Virus record (IMG/VR): IMGVR_UViG_3300046171_000231
Location: 62,001 to 126,000 of that record
Direction: 5' to 3' (one strand)
Length of the DNA: 64,000 nucleotides
In this document: piece after piece, positions 21,919 to 33,036 of the stretch
Layout: each line of letters begins with the position of its first letter
Numbering within the stretch: position 1 is the stretch's first letter
Program-made: the position numbers and the translations under genes
The notes under the pieces: model-generated
Told to the model about the DNA's origin: nothing
Database searches by the model: none
What the model saw: the letters and a program-made list of their open reading frames with translations, nothing else

Positions 21919-23825
21919 GATTGTTTGAATGATATACCAGTGACTTCAACACCAGAAATTTTCACTTCGGCATCTGATGCAGTCGGATCATAGATGACAC
22001 GATTCGCTGCACCACGATTATTATAAGCCTCTCTCCAGTATTCATTATCATTATCAGTTGGATATGGATTTGCCCATTCCGTATTTGGAAGCATTTGTGA
22101 TGCTTGCGTTTTAATAAAATCTTTCACCTCTGCTGACGTTGCACTTGGTTTTGATTCAAGAAATAATGCAACGACTCCAGCAACAACTGGAGATGCTGCT
22201 GATGTCCCATTAAAATATCGATCAACAAAACTAGAATTATATCTTGAAAAATTAACTTCCGTTCCCAGTTGATCACCATTCGCTGCTCTCATACCAGCAG
22301 ACAATGTTTCATCTGCAGGTGCCCATACATCAACACCTGGTCCGTTATTAGAATAAGATGCCTTTCTTTCTTGATAATTAGATTCAATATAATCATCCAT
22401 AGCTCCAACACAAACTGCTGGATGATAGTCTGTAGTTGTATTGTATCCAATATTTGCAGGATGAATCCAATTACGATGACCTGATGGTACAGTTCCACTT
22501 ACTCCTGAACCAGGTATACCTGCTCGATTGTCAGCACCATTCAAAGTTGTGAGATAATCATTTAAATGAGGATCACTTAAACCAAGACCTAATCTTTGGT
22601 TACTATTTCCAGCAGAAGTAACGTATATTACACCTGCATTTACCATTTCATCACCTGCTGTTTCAGTTGAATTTGATCTTGACGATGTTGCAAACTGACG
22701 ATTATAAGTTGTACCTGATCTCAATCCATATGCCATACCTTGAACACCTGAACTACCCATATTATAACCAGTGAAATTACCTGTTGAACCTTTAAAACTA
22801 TAATAAACTTGAGTTCCTGAATTAAAACCAGCAAAGTATCCCCAACTTCCATTTACAACTGTAGGATTTTTACGACCCGCAGTAACAGGTTTATTTTGAT
22901 GAAAGATTTTCATAATATCGTAACTTGCTTCAATACCCATACTTGTAGGAGATGCAATCGCACTCATATTCCATATATTAGATTCAAAAGCAAGACCAAA
23001 ATTTTTACCAGCAGACAGTCCAGCACATCCAGTACCGTGAGAACTTGTCATTGTATGTGATGTACCACCAATACCAAGTGTATTTGCAACAGTATAATTA
23101 TCAGGAATTGCAACAGTACCGACTGAAGAAAATGAACCTGAACGACTGCTTGAATTTTCCCACCAAGCGTGTGCTGATGCAGTTGTAATACCTGTTCGAC
23201 CATCAGGTTTTGTATATGTGTGACTATTTGATGTGAAGTAACTTGGATCAATATAATATGGACCGTCTAGAACTACATCTCTCACTCTTGACTTACCATC
23301 ATCATCTAAAAATTCAGGATGATATTGCATAATACCTGAGTCTTGTATAACAACATCAACATTTTTACCAGTCAAACTAAAACTTAAATCATCATTAATG
23401 ACTGCTGCATCACCAGTAACATTTGGCCAACTCTTTCCATTTGTTGTTACACCAACTCTCTTCGTTGCCCAGTTTGTACGATTTTCCTCTGCTGATGTTG
23501 CTGATATAGAAAAAGCAGAAGTTGATAAGTTACGATATATTTTTACGTTCTTACGAAATCTTTTTGTATCAGGTTCTGGTTCTGGATATGAAAAACGATA
23601 ATCAGATGGAGATAATTCTATCCACTTGACTTGAGGGTGAGTCGATATTCCAGTTGCTTCATCGTGTGTTAACCAATAAGTACCACGAGTTGGACTATGT
23701 TCTTTTGTATCAGAGCAAGTTACCTTACGGTCAGGAATACCATCTTCATTTGAATCAACTATTAATACGTTGTGAATTGTATTCCAATACTCAGGACTTG
23801 TAACAGCAAGAGTATATTTGAACAT
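21915..23825 (-). CDS. subtilisin-like S8 serine protease
   Basis: Catalytic motifs VVIQDSG, HGTGCAG, SAGN and FNGTSAASPVVAG. Confidence 0.9.
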   Translation of the reverse strand: MFKYTLAVTSPEYWNTIHNVLIVDSNEDGIPDRKVTCSDTKEHSPTRGTYWLTHDEATGISTHPQVKWIELSPSDYRFSYPEPEPDTKRFRKNVKIYRNLSTSAFSISATSAEENRTNWATKRVGVTTNGKSWPNVTGDAAVINDDLSFSLTGKNVDVVIQDSGIMQYHPEFLDDDGKSRVRDVVLDGPYYIDPSYFTSNSHTYTKPDGRTGITTASAHAWWENSSSRSGSFSSVGTVAIPDNYTVANTLGIGGTSHTMTSSHGTGCAGLSAGKNFGLAFESNIWNMSAIASPTSMGIEASYDIMKIFHQNKPVTAGRKNPTVVNGSWGYFAGFNSGTQVYYSFKGSTGNFTGYNMGSSGVQGMAYGLRSGTTYNRQFATSSRSNSTETAGDEMVNAGVIYVTSAGNSNQRLGLGLSDPHLNDYLTTLNGADNRAGIPGSGVSGTVPSGHRNWIHPANIGYNTTTDYHPAVCVGAMDDYIESNYQERKASYSNNGPGVDVWAPADETLSAGMRAANGDQLGTEVNFSRYNSSFVDRYFNGTSAASPVVAGVVALFLESKPSATSAEVKDFIKTQASQMLPNTEWANPYPTDNDNEYWREAYNNRGAANRVIYDPTASDAEVKISGVEVTGISFKQS

Positions 23826-26800
23826 TACATAACCTCACGTTTTATCTTATAGGTTGTAGAACCAGAAACTCCAGTTTCAGGAGTTGCTCTCAATAATATA
23901 TTACCACTACTGATTGTTGCATCACATTGAACTAATAATGATGAACTAAACATCACTGCAAACTGTGTTGAGTGAATTGTTGTGCCATCTCTCATTGCTA
24001 GTAGTTTTTGTGATTGGAAATCACTTCCATTCTTAATGTATATTGTATACTCAACAACTAAATCATTTGCACTATATCCAGTGCAGTGTATTAATGGTTG
24101 CAGGAGTTCCAGCACTTGCATTGAACGTTCCTGAAAGATTAGTTGTAATACCAACATCAGTTCCAGCTGATATAGTTGTCCAAGATGCTGCAGCTCCAGA
24201 ACCACCACTGGTTAATACTTGACCTGATGTACCATAGTTTTCACCTAGTAATCCAATATCACCATCTTTACCAATACGGAATCTTTCAATAGTAGATCCA
24301 CCTTGCATTGTCCTGAAGATATGATCACTATATGAAGTTCCCCCAGAATAATATGCAGTATCACCACCACCTCCACCTGAATATTATTTTAGATGAACCA
24401 TATATTGCATTACTATTAAATACAACTCCACCAGCACCAACTGATAATTGATAAGTAGTTGTTATGCCAGATACATTTAGTTTTTGAACATTAAACTGAC
24501 TTGTTGATACACCAACAGTTACTGAACCACCAGATATTGCAGATACATCTATTATCTCTCCAAAGTTTATTGTCCCTGCAGTTCCAACTGTGTTACCATT
24601 ATTTTTAATTACAACACCAGAACCTGATGCGGTAATACCTGTTAATCCTGAACCATCACCAATAATCGCACCACCAACATAAAGGTTCTTCGCAACACCA
24701 ACACCACCATCTACAACTAATGCACCAGTAGTTGTGCTTGATGATTGTGTCTCACTATTCAATTCAAGACTTGTTGCAGTGACAATACCTGTACCACCAA
24801 ACAAAGCGTTACCAGTAACACCAAATGTTGCACCTACACCTATATTAGCTTGTGGATTTCCAATCTCAAATCTTCCATTATGTGTTCTTGCTACCTTTGT
24901 ACCATCACTGTATAGGATAACACAATCTGCTGTAGTTTCAAATCTCTCACTTGTGTAAGGACCACCTGTAATAAAGAATGAACTTGTATTACCTACACCA
25001 ATTGTTAAGTCTCCAGCAGTGCTTTTAATACGAGTTGGATGCGTATCGAATACCACTTCACCAGAAAAAGTAGTAACACCAGCAATAGAAACATTATCAA
25101 GATTAGTATGTCCGTCTACGTCAATATCAGCATTGACATCTACGTTTCCATTAAATGTTGAGATACCAGATACATCTAGTTTGTTTACATTGAATTGACT
25201 TGTATTAACTCCAGCAGATATACCAGTAAGTTGTGAACCATCACCAGTATAAGCTGTAGCAGCAACTGTTCCCGTTACTGTCACACCCGTGTTTGAAGTT
25301 TCTAATTTTTTAGCATTATTAAAGTTGAGTTCAACACTTCCACCGTTTGTAAATTTAGCAAGTGTGGTTCCACCACCATTACTCTTAATACTTACAACAC
25401 CACCACCACTTGCGTTAATATCAGCAATAGTCAACGCACCTGATGCAGATATCGCTGCAGTATTCACAGTGCCAGCAAATGTTGTCACACCAGCGACATT
25501 GACATTATCTAAGTTTGTATGACCGTCAACATCTATCTCAACAAAATCACCATTACCTTTGAATGTTAAAGCAGTTACAATACCAATACTACCAAGTTGA
25601 ATATTACTTCCAACCTCTATGAAATCATCAACATCTATATTTGTAAGTGTAGATACACCTGTAACGACTAAAGTATTCGCACGAGTTTCAGCTGTTGAAC
25701 CTCCACCAGCAGATCCAGTTATTGTTACAATACCAGCCGATATAGGTGATACAGATAAATTATCACCAAAGTTAATTGTTCCAGCAGTACCAACAGTCGA
25801 ATTACTATCCTTTATGACTACACCTGAACCTTCAGCAATAATACCAGTTAATGCTGAACCATCTCCTTTAAATTGTGTCGCAGTAACAACACCAGAAATA
25901 TTTGCACCACCTGTTCCTGTGATAAATTTATTGAATAAATCTAAATTACCACCAAGTTGGGGTGATAAATCTTCGACAAGATTTCCAATACCATAAGCAC
26001 CACCACCAGCAGACACAGTATTGTATGAAACGATTTCGACTATATCTCCTACAAATGAACCGACTGCTAATACAACAGATGTACCATTAGTTGCAGTAAA
26101 TTCAGCATCAGTTAATTTAACACCATTGATATAGACATCAACATAGTTTACATTGTATGAGAAACTAAATGAAGTTTGTCCAGCAGATGCTGTAAATGTT
26201 TGTCTAGTTCTTATTGATGGGAATGATGCCCACTCAACTCCAGTTCCAGTTGTCTTTAAATAATTTCCATTTGTTCCAGCAGATCCACCAGCGGTTATCG
26301 TGCTATTGAATCTTGTGTTTGCAGCAAAGGTAGTGACTCCTGCAACAGAAACATTATCTAAGTTTGTATGTCCGTCTACATCTAATTCTACAAAGTCACC
26401 ATCACCTACAAATGTATTACCATGAAAATTAGTTCCAGTAACAACACCAGCGATAGAAACGTTATCTAAGTTTGTATGACCATCTACATTTAAGTCTTGA
26501 GTAACAGTTGCAAAACCAGATATGCTAACATTGTCAAGATTAGTATGACCATCTACATCTATATCACCATTTAAATCTATTCCTGTAGCAACTATTGATG
26601 CAGTATTTACTGTTCCAGAAAAAGTTGTAACACCAGCAACACTAAGATTATCTAAGTTAGTATGTCCATCTACATCTAAATCTCCATTTAAATCTATGCC
26701 TGTGGCAGTTACACTAGTGGCAGTTAAAATACCAATATTATAAACTTCAGTTCCTAATCCTGTGACACCAAATTTATTCTTATTAACTAATTCAAGATAT

Positions 26801-28176
26801 GCACCATCACTTAATGAGAAACTATTTCCCTGTCCTGTGTGATGATGACACCAGTAATATAAAGTTGCGGGTGCGTTTGCAGGTACTTTCCATTCGACTG
26901 TTCGTGACGTAGCAGCCACAAAACCACTGACATATTCAGCCATGGTTTTGGCAACACCATCTAACTTATAAGTGATGCCTGTCATATAATGACCGTGACC
27001 GTTATGATCACCACCTGCACCAGTACTGAACATTAATGGATGTGCACCAGCACCACCATAAGAAGCGTTAGTTGAATTTGATTGGTCGAAGATATAAGTT
27101 GTATTTCTGATTATAGGAAATAGAGGTGGTTTCTCTGTACCATTAAAATAGAATACACCAGTTGATTGTCCACCTACTGTATCAGTTCCGACTGTAACAG
27201 TAACCGTGGCACCCATATTATGTGAGAAATATGCCTTACCGTTTGCGTGTACGTGAGCAAATAATCCGTGATAATCAGTTGAATTCGGAAGATCTGTAAT
27301 ATCAGAATATAAAGATGGTACTTTGTTCTGACCTGATAGTGCTTCTATTACACCACCAGTAACTCTCATACCTGAACCAGCAGTTACAATTCCAACAGCA
27401 GAAACACCAGCACCAACGTGAATATCTTTATTTGCAGTTATAATACCAACAGAATCAATATTTGATACATCCTCATAAGTTAATGTGCCAGCAATTGAAA
27501 CATTACCATTAAATATTGCATCTCCTGTGAATGTAGAAATACCACCTACACTTAAATTTCTCTCTACAAATAAATCTTTATATGAAAATGTAGAGATACC
27601 AGATGTTGGTGCACCAGTCTGTCCAATATATCTGTAACCTACAATGTATATGTTTGTATCAGTAACACCACTGGGAACACTTGTGTCATTAAAGTTTAGA
27701 ACACCAGCAGAATAATCAAAGAACCAACCATCGTTTGCACCTGAACCAGCAGCAGATAATGCAACACCACCAGAATTTGGATCTCCTTTATATACTTTAA
27801 TTAAATAACTTGCACCAAATTGAGTATCAATCCAGTTCGTTAATCTTGTAGATGATGCATTACCATAAGTTGTATAAGCAATATAAGCACGTTGACCAGA
27901 ACTTGTAGCATCTGCTGTCATTCTTAACCCAGAGCTACCAGCAAGATATACCTTAACTTGATTCGTGTCTGAACCTGGTGGTGTTGCAGGAATTGAACTA
28001 CTCTCATTCCATAGTGCACCATTTGCAATAATCAGAGGTGATGGTATCGCTTCAGCGAAGGGTTGCTTTCCAGTACCACTTATTGCACCAGTTCCCACGA
28101 CAGAACCTGTCTTGGTTTTGGTAAAACCAATTTTCTTTAACAGAAAGTCAATCTTTTGTTGGTCGGTTACTGCCAC
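23825..28176 (-). CDS. very large fibre/structural protein, ~1450 aa (insertions at ~24385 and ~24083)
   Basis: ORFs 24361..28176, 24072..24308 and 23825..24208 join. Six DVDGHTNLDN repeats, cupredoxin-like insert, Ig-like FTASAGQTSF domain. Confidence 0.75.
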
Positions 28177-28186
28177 TTAATTACCC

Positions 28187-30052
28187 CTATCCTGTGAATC
28201 TGACTGTTGAAATCGACTGTCCAGAAGTCAATTTAAATCGAACCAAAATTTTGTTGTTACCGTTTGATGATGATTCTTCACCAAACACACAAGTAAATGT
28301 GCCACTTGACCCTGACATTACTGTACCAAAGGCACATCCATTGTCAGCGTTATTCGGATTACCAGCACCAGAATAAGCATCAAACATATCTGCCCATCCA
28401 TTTGTGTTACTCAATCCTGTTGTCCAAGTTGAGTTCTCTGGAAGACAAACAAAACAACCTGCATAAGTTCCAGTCACCACAATATCCATTTGAGATACAG
28501 CAGCTCTAGTTAGAAGAACTTGGAAATATTGTGTACCACTTCTTCCAGAAGAATAGTTAGGACCTACTGGCAGATATGATGTGTAGTTAGTTACATCATG
28601 TCTTAGTGTTCCACCTCTTACAATTGCTTCATAAACAGCAGGTGTTGCACTTGCATTGAAAGTGGATGATATAGGTGAAGGTGTATCACCTGTAGCACCT
28701 GCATTGACTCTGATTCCATTTCCAGAACCAGTTCCTAAAGAAGAAATAAGTATATTATCTTCGTCTACCTGTGATGTTGTTGCTGATGTTCCCATAATGT
28801 TTACTGCTGTTGAATAACTAACTCGATTATTATTATCAGATCCGTAAGGTGTCACAACATCCATTCGAGTGAAATGATTTGATGTAATTGTATTATGAAT
28901 ATTATTTGGATAAGTTGATATAAGTGTTGTAGCACCTGTGCCAACTGCATAATTTCTCGCTGGTGGATGTGTACCAGTTGCACCACTTATAAGCATATTG
29001 TTGAAATACTTATGACCAGAATTAGTAAATCCTGTAGTTGCACCATCAGAATTGATTAATTTGTAGTTACTGTATAAGTACATATCACCTGTTGCATTTG
29101 TAACTGTAGCAACGTATGTAAATGTGTTTGCAGAATTATTTGTATAATGTGGAACTCCAGATGAATATGAAACAACGTGTGATGAACTCGGTGGAGTTGT
29201 TACACCACTGAATGCAATCGTAGGTGCACCGACTGTACTTGGGTCTTCATACCAGAATACTTCTGATGTATTTGCAGAACCGTGATTAATATATGCCTTA
29301 TTATAACCATCAGGTGATGCTGCATTTAATATTCTGACATCATATACCTGATAAAATGCTGCGTCTATACCACTATTTCTTGTTGATAGTGATGCATCTT
29401 TGTTATCACTTATGACTAATGCACCTGATGTTGCATTATTTGTACCTGTATCTAATGTTGATGTTCCAACTCCGACTGCATTTACATATGCTGTGACTGT
29501 TCCATTATCACCTGGTCCGACATCACCTATAGTATTAGATGTGATTGTACTATCTGAATTTCTTGTATATCCACTTCCTGCTGATGGTGCTGAACCACCT
29601 GTATTATTAGTTGGTGTGAATCCCTGACACAAATATCTTGTACCATTTGTACCTGTGAGAGATAAACTTAATCCATTGAATGTATCAGGTGCAGGAGGAA
29701 CTAACTTACCTAATATAAAATTAAGTTCGTTGATTGAATCTTTTGTATGATCTGAATTACTTATTGTAAACGCTCCCGACTTAAATCCACCTGCAGGAGT
29801 TCCGATTACTTGATTACCGTGATATGAAGTGGCAGTTACAATTCCATTATAGTTTATTGACCCACCACCATAGTTCTCTATCCAAGGGGTGAGTAGTGCG
29901 ACAGTTGTTCCTATTCCGACACCTTGAGTGTCTCTTTCTGCGAATAGATGACCATCATAAAAATTAATTGCTAGTTCTCCGATCTGCATATCGTCTAAAC
30001 CAGGACGCTTGCCTGTGACTGCAGACCTTTTTAACTTAAAAGGAGTTGCCAT
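28187..30052 (-). CDS. structural/fibre protein with Mtd-N/hyaluronidase-like N-terminal anchor
   Basis: FKLKRSAVTGKRP...GELAINFYDGHLF N-terminus, Ser/Thr-rich beta domains. Confidence 0.65.
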   Translation of the reverse strand: MATPFKLKRSAVTGKRPGLDDMQIGELAINFYDGHLFAERDTQGVGIGTTVALLTPWIENYGGGSINYNGIVTATSYHGNQVIGTPAGGFKSGAFTISNSDHTKDSINELNFILGKLVPPAPDTFNGLSLSLTGTNGTRYLCQGFTPTNNTGGSAPSAGSGYTRNSDSTITSNTIGDVGPGDNGTVTAYVNAVGVGTSTLDTGTNNATSGALVISDNKDASLSTRNSGIDAAFYQVYDVRILNAASPDGYNKAYINHGSANTSEVFWYEDPSTVGAPTIAFSGVTTPPSSSHVVSYSSGVPHYTNNSANTFTYVATVTNATGDMYLYSNYKLINSDGATTGFTNSGHKYFNNMLISGATGTHPPARNYAVGTGATTLISTYPNNIHNTITSNHFTRMDVVTPYGSDNNNRVSYSTAVNIMGTSATTSQVDEDNILISSLGTGSGNGIRVNAGATGDTPSPISSTFNASATPAVYEAIVRGGTLRHDVTNYTSYLPVGPNYSSGRSGTQYFQVLLTRAAVSQMDIVVTGTYAGCFVCLPENSTWTTGLSNTNGWADMFDAYSGAGNPNNADNGCAFGTVMSGSSGTFTCVFGEESSSNGNNKILVRFKLTSGQSISTVRFTG

Positions 30053-30103
30053 TTATATACGGTATTTACCGATGTATGCAGTATATACTGCTGAGTTATT
30101 TAT
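30053..30103 (-). promoter_or_regulatory. late promoter plus palindromic 5' leader
   Basis: ATAAATA at 30097-30103, palindrome gcagtatatactgc at 30078-30091, inverted repeat cggtatttaccg at 30060-30071. Confidence 0.6.
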
Positions 30104-30475
30104 TCAAGTAGCGTTATTCCTTCTCGGACGATACTGAAATAAGTCTGTTGGTGGATCTGGTTCCATCCATTCTCTAATCTTTTGGTATTTCTCATATGAG
30201 AAAAACTCTTGATTTAAGTACCACTCTTCCCAAGGTTGATGTCCTTTACTATGATTACAGCTAGAACAACAACAGACTACATTTTTTGTAAAGTCTGTTC
30301 CACCCTTTGATCTGGGAACAACGTGATCCATTGTCAAATTATTACCATCACCACAATAAGCACATCTAAAGTGCCATTTCTCTTTTACGTCTTTCCTCCA
30401 TAATCTTTTTGCTTCTGCTGAACTTGTTGTCTGTAAGTTGAAAACATACGCTTTAGAAGAATGGAGAATGCTCAT
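30104..30475 (-). CDS. HNH endonuclease
   Basis: CAYCG...LTMDHVVPRSKGG...NVVCCCSSCNHSKG. Confidence 0.9.
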   Translation of the reverse strand: MSILHSSKAYVFNLQTTSSAEAKRLWRKDVKEKWHFRCAYCGDGNNLTMDHVVPRSKGGTDFTKNVVCCCSSCNHSKGHQPWEEWYLNQEFFSYEKYQKIREWMEPDPPTDLFQYRPRRNNAT

Positions 30476-30526
30476 AAACTATTGTGAGTTATTTTTATTT
30501 AGGAAATAAAAAAAAGTCTAAAGGGC

Positions 30527-30557
30527 AAAAAAATACCCCGAAATTTTTTCCGAGGTA
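30527..30557 (-). terminator. intrinsic terminator after psbD
   Basis: tacctcgg...tcggggta stem followed by a T-run on the minus strand. Confidence 0.6.
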
Positions 30558-30582
30558 AATGTAATTAAATACTGATTTTAGT

Positions 30583-31660
30583 TTAGAGTGCATTACCACG
30601 AGGTAATACTTCCTCTGGGAACACGAAGTTCTCGTGTGGTTGGTCTACAGATGACATCCAAGCTCTCATACCTTCATTTAAAAGAATATTCTTTGTATAG
30701 AAAGTTTCAAACTCTGGGTCTTCTGCTGCTCTTATCTCTTGAGATACAAAATCGTATGCTCTTAAGTTAAGTGCAAGACCTACAATACCGATTGATGATG
30801 TCCACATACCCATCACAGGTACGAACAACATAAGGAAGTGTAAGAATCTTTTGTTTGAGAAAGCAACACCAAATATCTGTGACCAGAATCTGTTTGCTGT
30901 AATCATACTGATAAGTTTCTTCTTCCTGTGTAGGGTCAAATGCTCTGAATGTAGAACTCTGAACCTTACCATCAGTATAGACTGAAGTGTCTTCATACAA
31001 AGTGTTCTGTACTGTTGCACCGTGAATGGCACAGAGTAATGCTCCACCTAATATACCTGCTACACCCATCATATGAAATGGATTTAGAGTTATGTTGTGG
31101 AAACCTTGTATGAATAAGATATAACGAAAGATTGCTGCGACACCAAATGAAGGTGCGAAGAACCAACTATGCTGCCCTAGTGGGTAGATTAAAAAGATGC
31201 TAGTGAAGACTGCTATAACTGCTGAGAATGCGAGTGCGTTGTAAGGACGAATCCCAACAAGACCTGCAATTTCAAACTGTCTTAACATAAACCCTATGAG
31301 TCCGAACACACCGTGAAGTGCAACGAAGTTCCAGAGTCCACCGAGTTGTAACCAACGAACGAATGAACCTTGTGCCTCTGGTCCCCAAAGGAACATAAGA
31401 CTATGACCCATTGCATCACCAGGTGTTGACACTGCTGCTGTTAAGAAGTTTGCTCCTTCAAGATATGAAGATGCAATACCGTGTGTATACCAACTAGTAA
31501 CGAAAGTAGTTCCAACGAACCAACCTCCGATAGAAAGGTAAGCACAAGGTAAAAGTATAAGACCAGACCATCCGATAAACACGAAACGATCTCTCTTTAA
31601 CCAGTCATCAAGAACATCAAACCAACCCCTTGTAGGTGCTTGTAAAGTAGATGCTACCAT
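30583..31660 (-). CDS. psbD: photosystem II D2 protein (1-nt insertion at ~30910)
   Basis: [23 protein letters not shown]...EEETY|[14 protein letters not shown]...EVLPRGNAL. Confidence 0.97.
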
Positions 31661-31674
31661 TAATTTTTCCTATG

Positions 31675-31698
31675 AAAAAGGGGTCTTGCGACCCCTTG
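31675..31698 (-). terminator. intrinsic terminator/stem-loop between psbA and psbD
   Basis: AAGGGGTC-GCAA-GACCCCTTTTT. Confidence 0.8.
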
Positions 31699-31718
31699 AG
31701 TTGTTTTGGGTTAAGTAA

Positions 31719-32808
31719 TTAACCAATTGCAGGTGCTGTTAAAGCAACTGTTGTAGACTCAGCAGATGCTAGGTCTAATGGGAAGTTGTGTGCATTTCTT
31801 TCGTGCATTACTTCCATTCCTAAGTTTGCTCTGTTTAAAACATCGCCCCATGTTGGTACAATTTTACCATTAGCGTCTACTACAGACTGGTTGAAGTTGA
31901 AACCGTTTAGGTTGAATGCCATTGTACAGATACCCATTGAGGTTAACCATACACAGACTACTGGGAATACAGCAAGGAAGAAGTGTAAACTTCTTGAGTT
32001 GTTGAATGAAGCATACTGGAAGATAAGTCTACCGAAAGTAACCGTGTGCTGCCACGATATTATATGTTTCTTCTTCTTGTCCGAACTTATAGCCGTAGTT
32101 TTGACTTTCTGTTTCTGTAGTTTCTCTAATTAAAGAAGATGTAACTAAGCTACCGTGCATTGCACTGAAAAGACTACCACCGAACATACCTGCAACACCA
32201 GCCATATGGAATGGGTGCATTAGTATATTGTGCTCTGCTTGGAACACGAACATAAAGTTGAACGTACCTGAGATACCTAGTGGCATTCCGTCTGAGAAAG
32301 AACCCTGTCCGAAAGGATACACTAAGAATACTGCAAATGCTGCAGATACAGGTGCTGAATATGCTACACATATCCAAGGTCTCATACCTAATCTGTATGA
32401 TAGTTCCCACTGTCTGCCCATGTAAGCAGAGATTCCGATTAGGAAGTGGAAAATAACTAACTGGTAAGGACCACCGTTATATAACCATTCGTCTACTGTT
32501 GCTGCTTCCCAGATTGGGTAGAAGTGTAGACCGATAGCGTTTGATGAAGGAACAACTGCACCAGAGATGATGTTGTTACCATACAAGAAAGAACCCGCTA
32601 CTGGTTCTCTGATTCCGTCGATATCGACTGGAGGTGCTGCAATGAATGCAACGATGAAACATGCTGCTGCTGCGAGTAAGCATGGAATCATTAGGACACC
32701 AAACCAACCAACGTAGATTCTGTTGTTTGTTGATGTTACCCATTCGCAGAACTGTGGCCAGCCTGCTAGTAGACCTTGCTGTCTACCTTGTTTTGAAAGA
32801 GTTGTCAT
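31719..32808 (-). CDS. psbA: photosystem II D1 protein (1-nt insertion in aaa 32035-32037)
   Basis: [15 protein letters not shown]...[10 protein letters not shown]|[14 protein letters not shown]...[13 protein letters not shown]. No intron. Confidence 0.98.
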
Positions 32809-32823
32809 TAGTAAGACGTTTGT

Positions 32824-32930
32824 AAATAGGGCAACAGGGAAGTTGCGATATTTATTTCCAGTAATCCCTCACTACTGGATAGAAAGACGAAGTATTATAC
32901 TGCCTATAGGTCTTGGTTTGAGAGCAGTTT
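32824..32930 (-). ncRNA. PhotoRC-II-like cis-regulatory RNA in the psbA 5' UTR
   Basis: ACTGC...GAC...GCAGT...GTC and TCCAGTAG-TGAGGG-TTACTGGA hairpins upstream of psbA. Resembles the cyanophage PhotoRC-II motif as I recall it; not searched. Confidence 0.65.
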
Positions 32931-32935
32931 GTAGT

Positions 32936-32962
32936 CAGGGTTACGATTGTTTCGAGTCCTTT
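32936..32962 (-). repeat. conserved leader hairpin AAAGGACTCGAAACAATCGTAACCCTG, copy 1
   Basis: Matches 54618..54643 except in the loop. Confidence 0.85.
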
Positions 32963-32989
32963 CTAATGGTGAGGAAACCCTCACTTCTT

Positions 32990-33023
32990 TATTTATATTA
33001 ACAAAACTTTACAGAAAAGTCAA
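32990..33023 (-). promoter_or_regulatory. composite sigma70 plus late promoter of psbA
   Basis: TTGACT-17-TAATAT overlapping TATAAATA. Confidence 0.7.
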
Positions 33024-33036
33024 TAAGTATAAATAC

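Noticed and set aside
1719-29627. Many plus-strand ORFs (60-144 aa) opposite the fibre genes
   Set aside because: They are antisense shadows of Gly/Thr/Val-rich codons, without RBS or recognisable motifs.
304-30052. Diversity-generating retroelement acting on fibre tips (Mtd-like N-terminus, paralogous tips)
   Set aside because: No reverse transcriptase in the window. The paralogous tips differ at synonymous and non-adenine positions, not as a template/variable repeat pair.
30583-32808. Split psbA/psbD as pseudogenes, introns or programmed frameshifts
   Set aside because: Each is repaired by deleting one base (~30910, ~32036), with no intervening sequence. The same error type occurs throughout the window.
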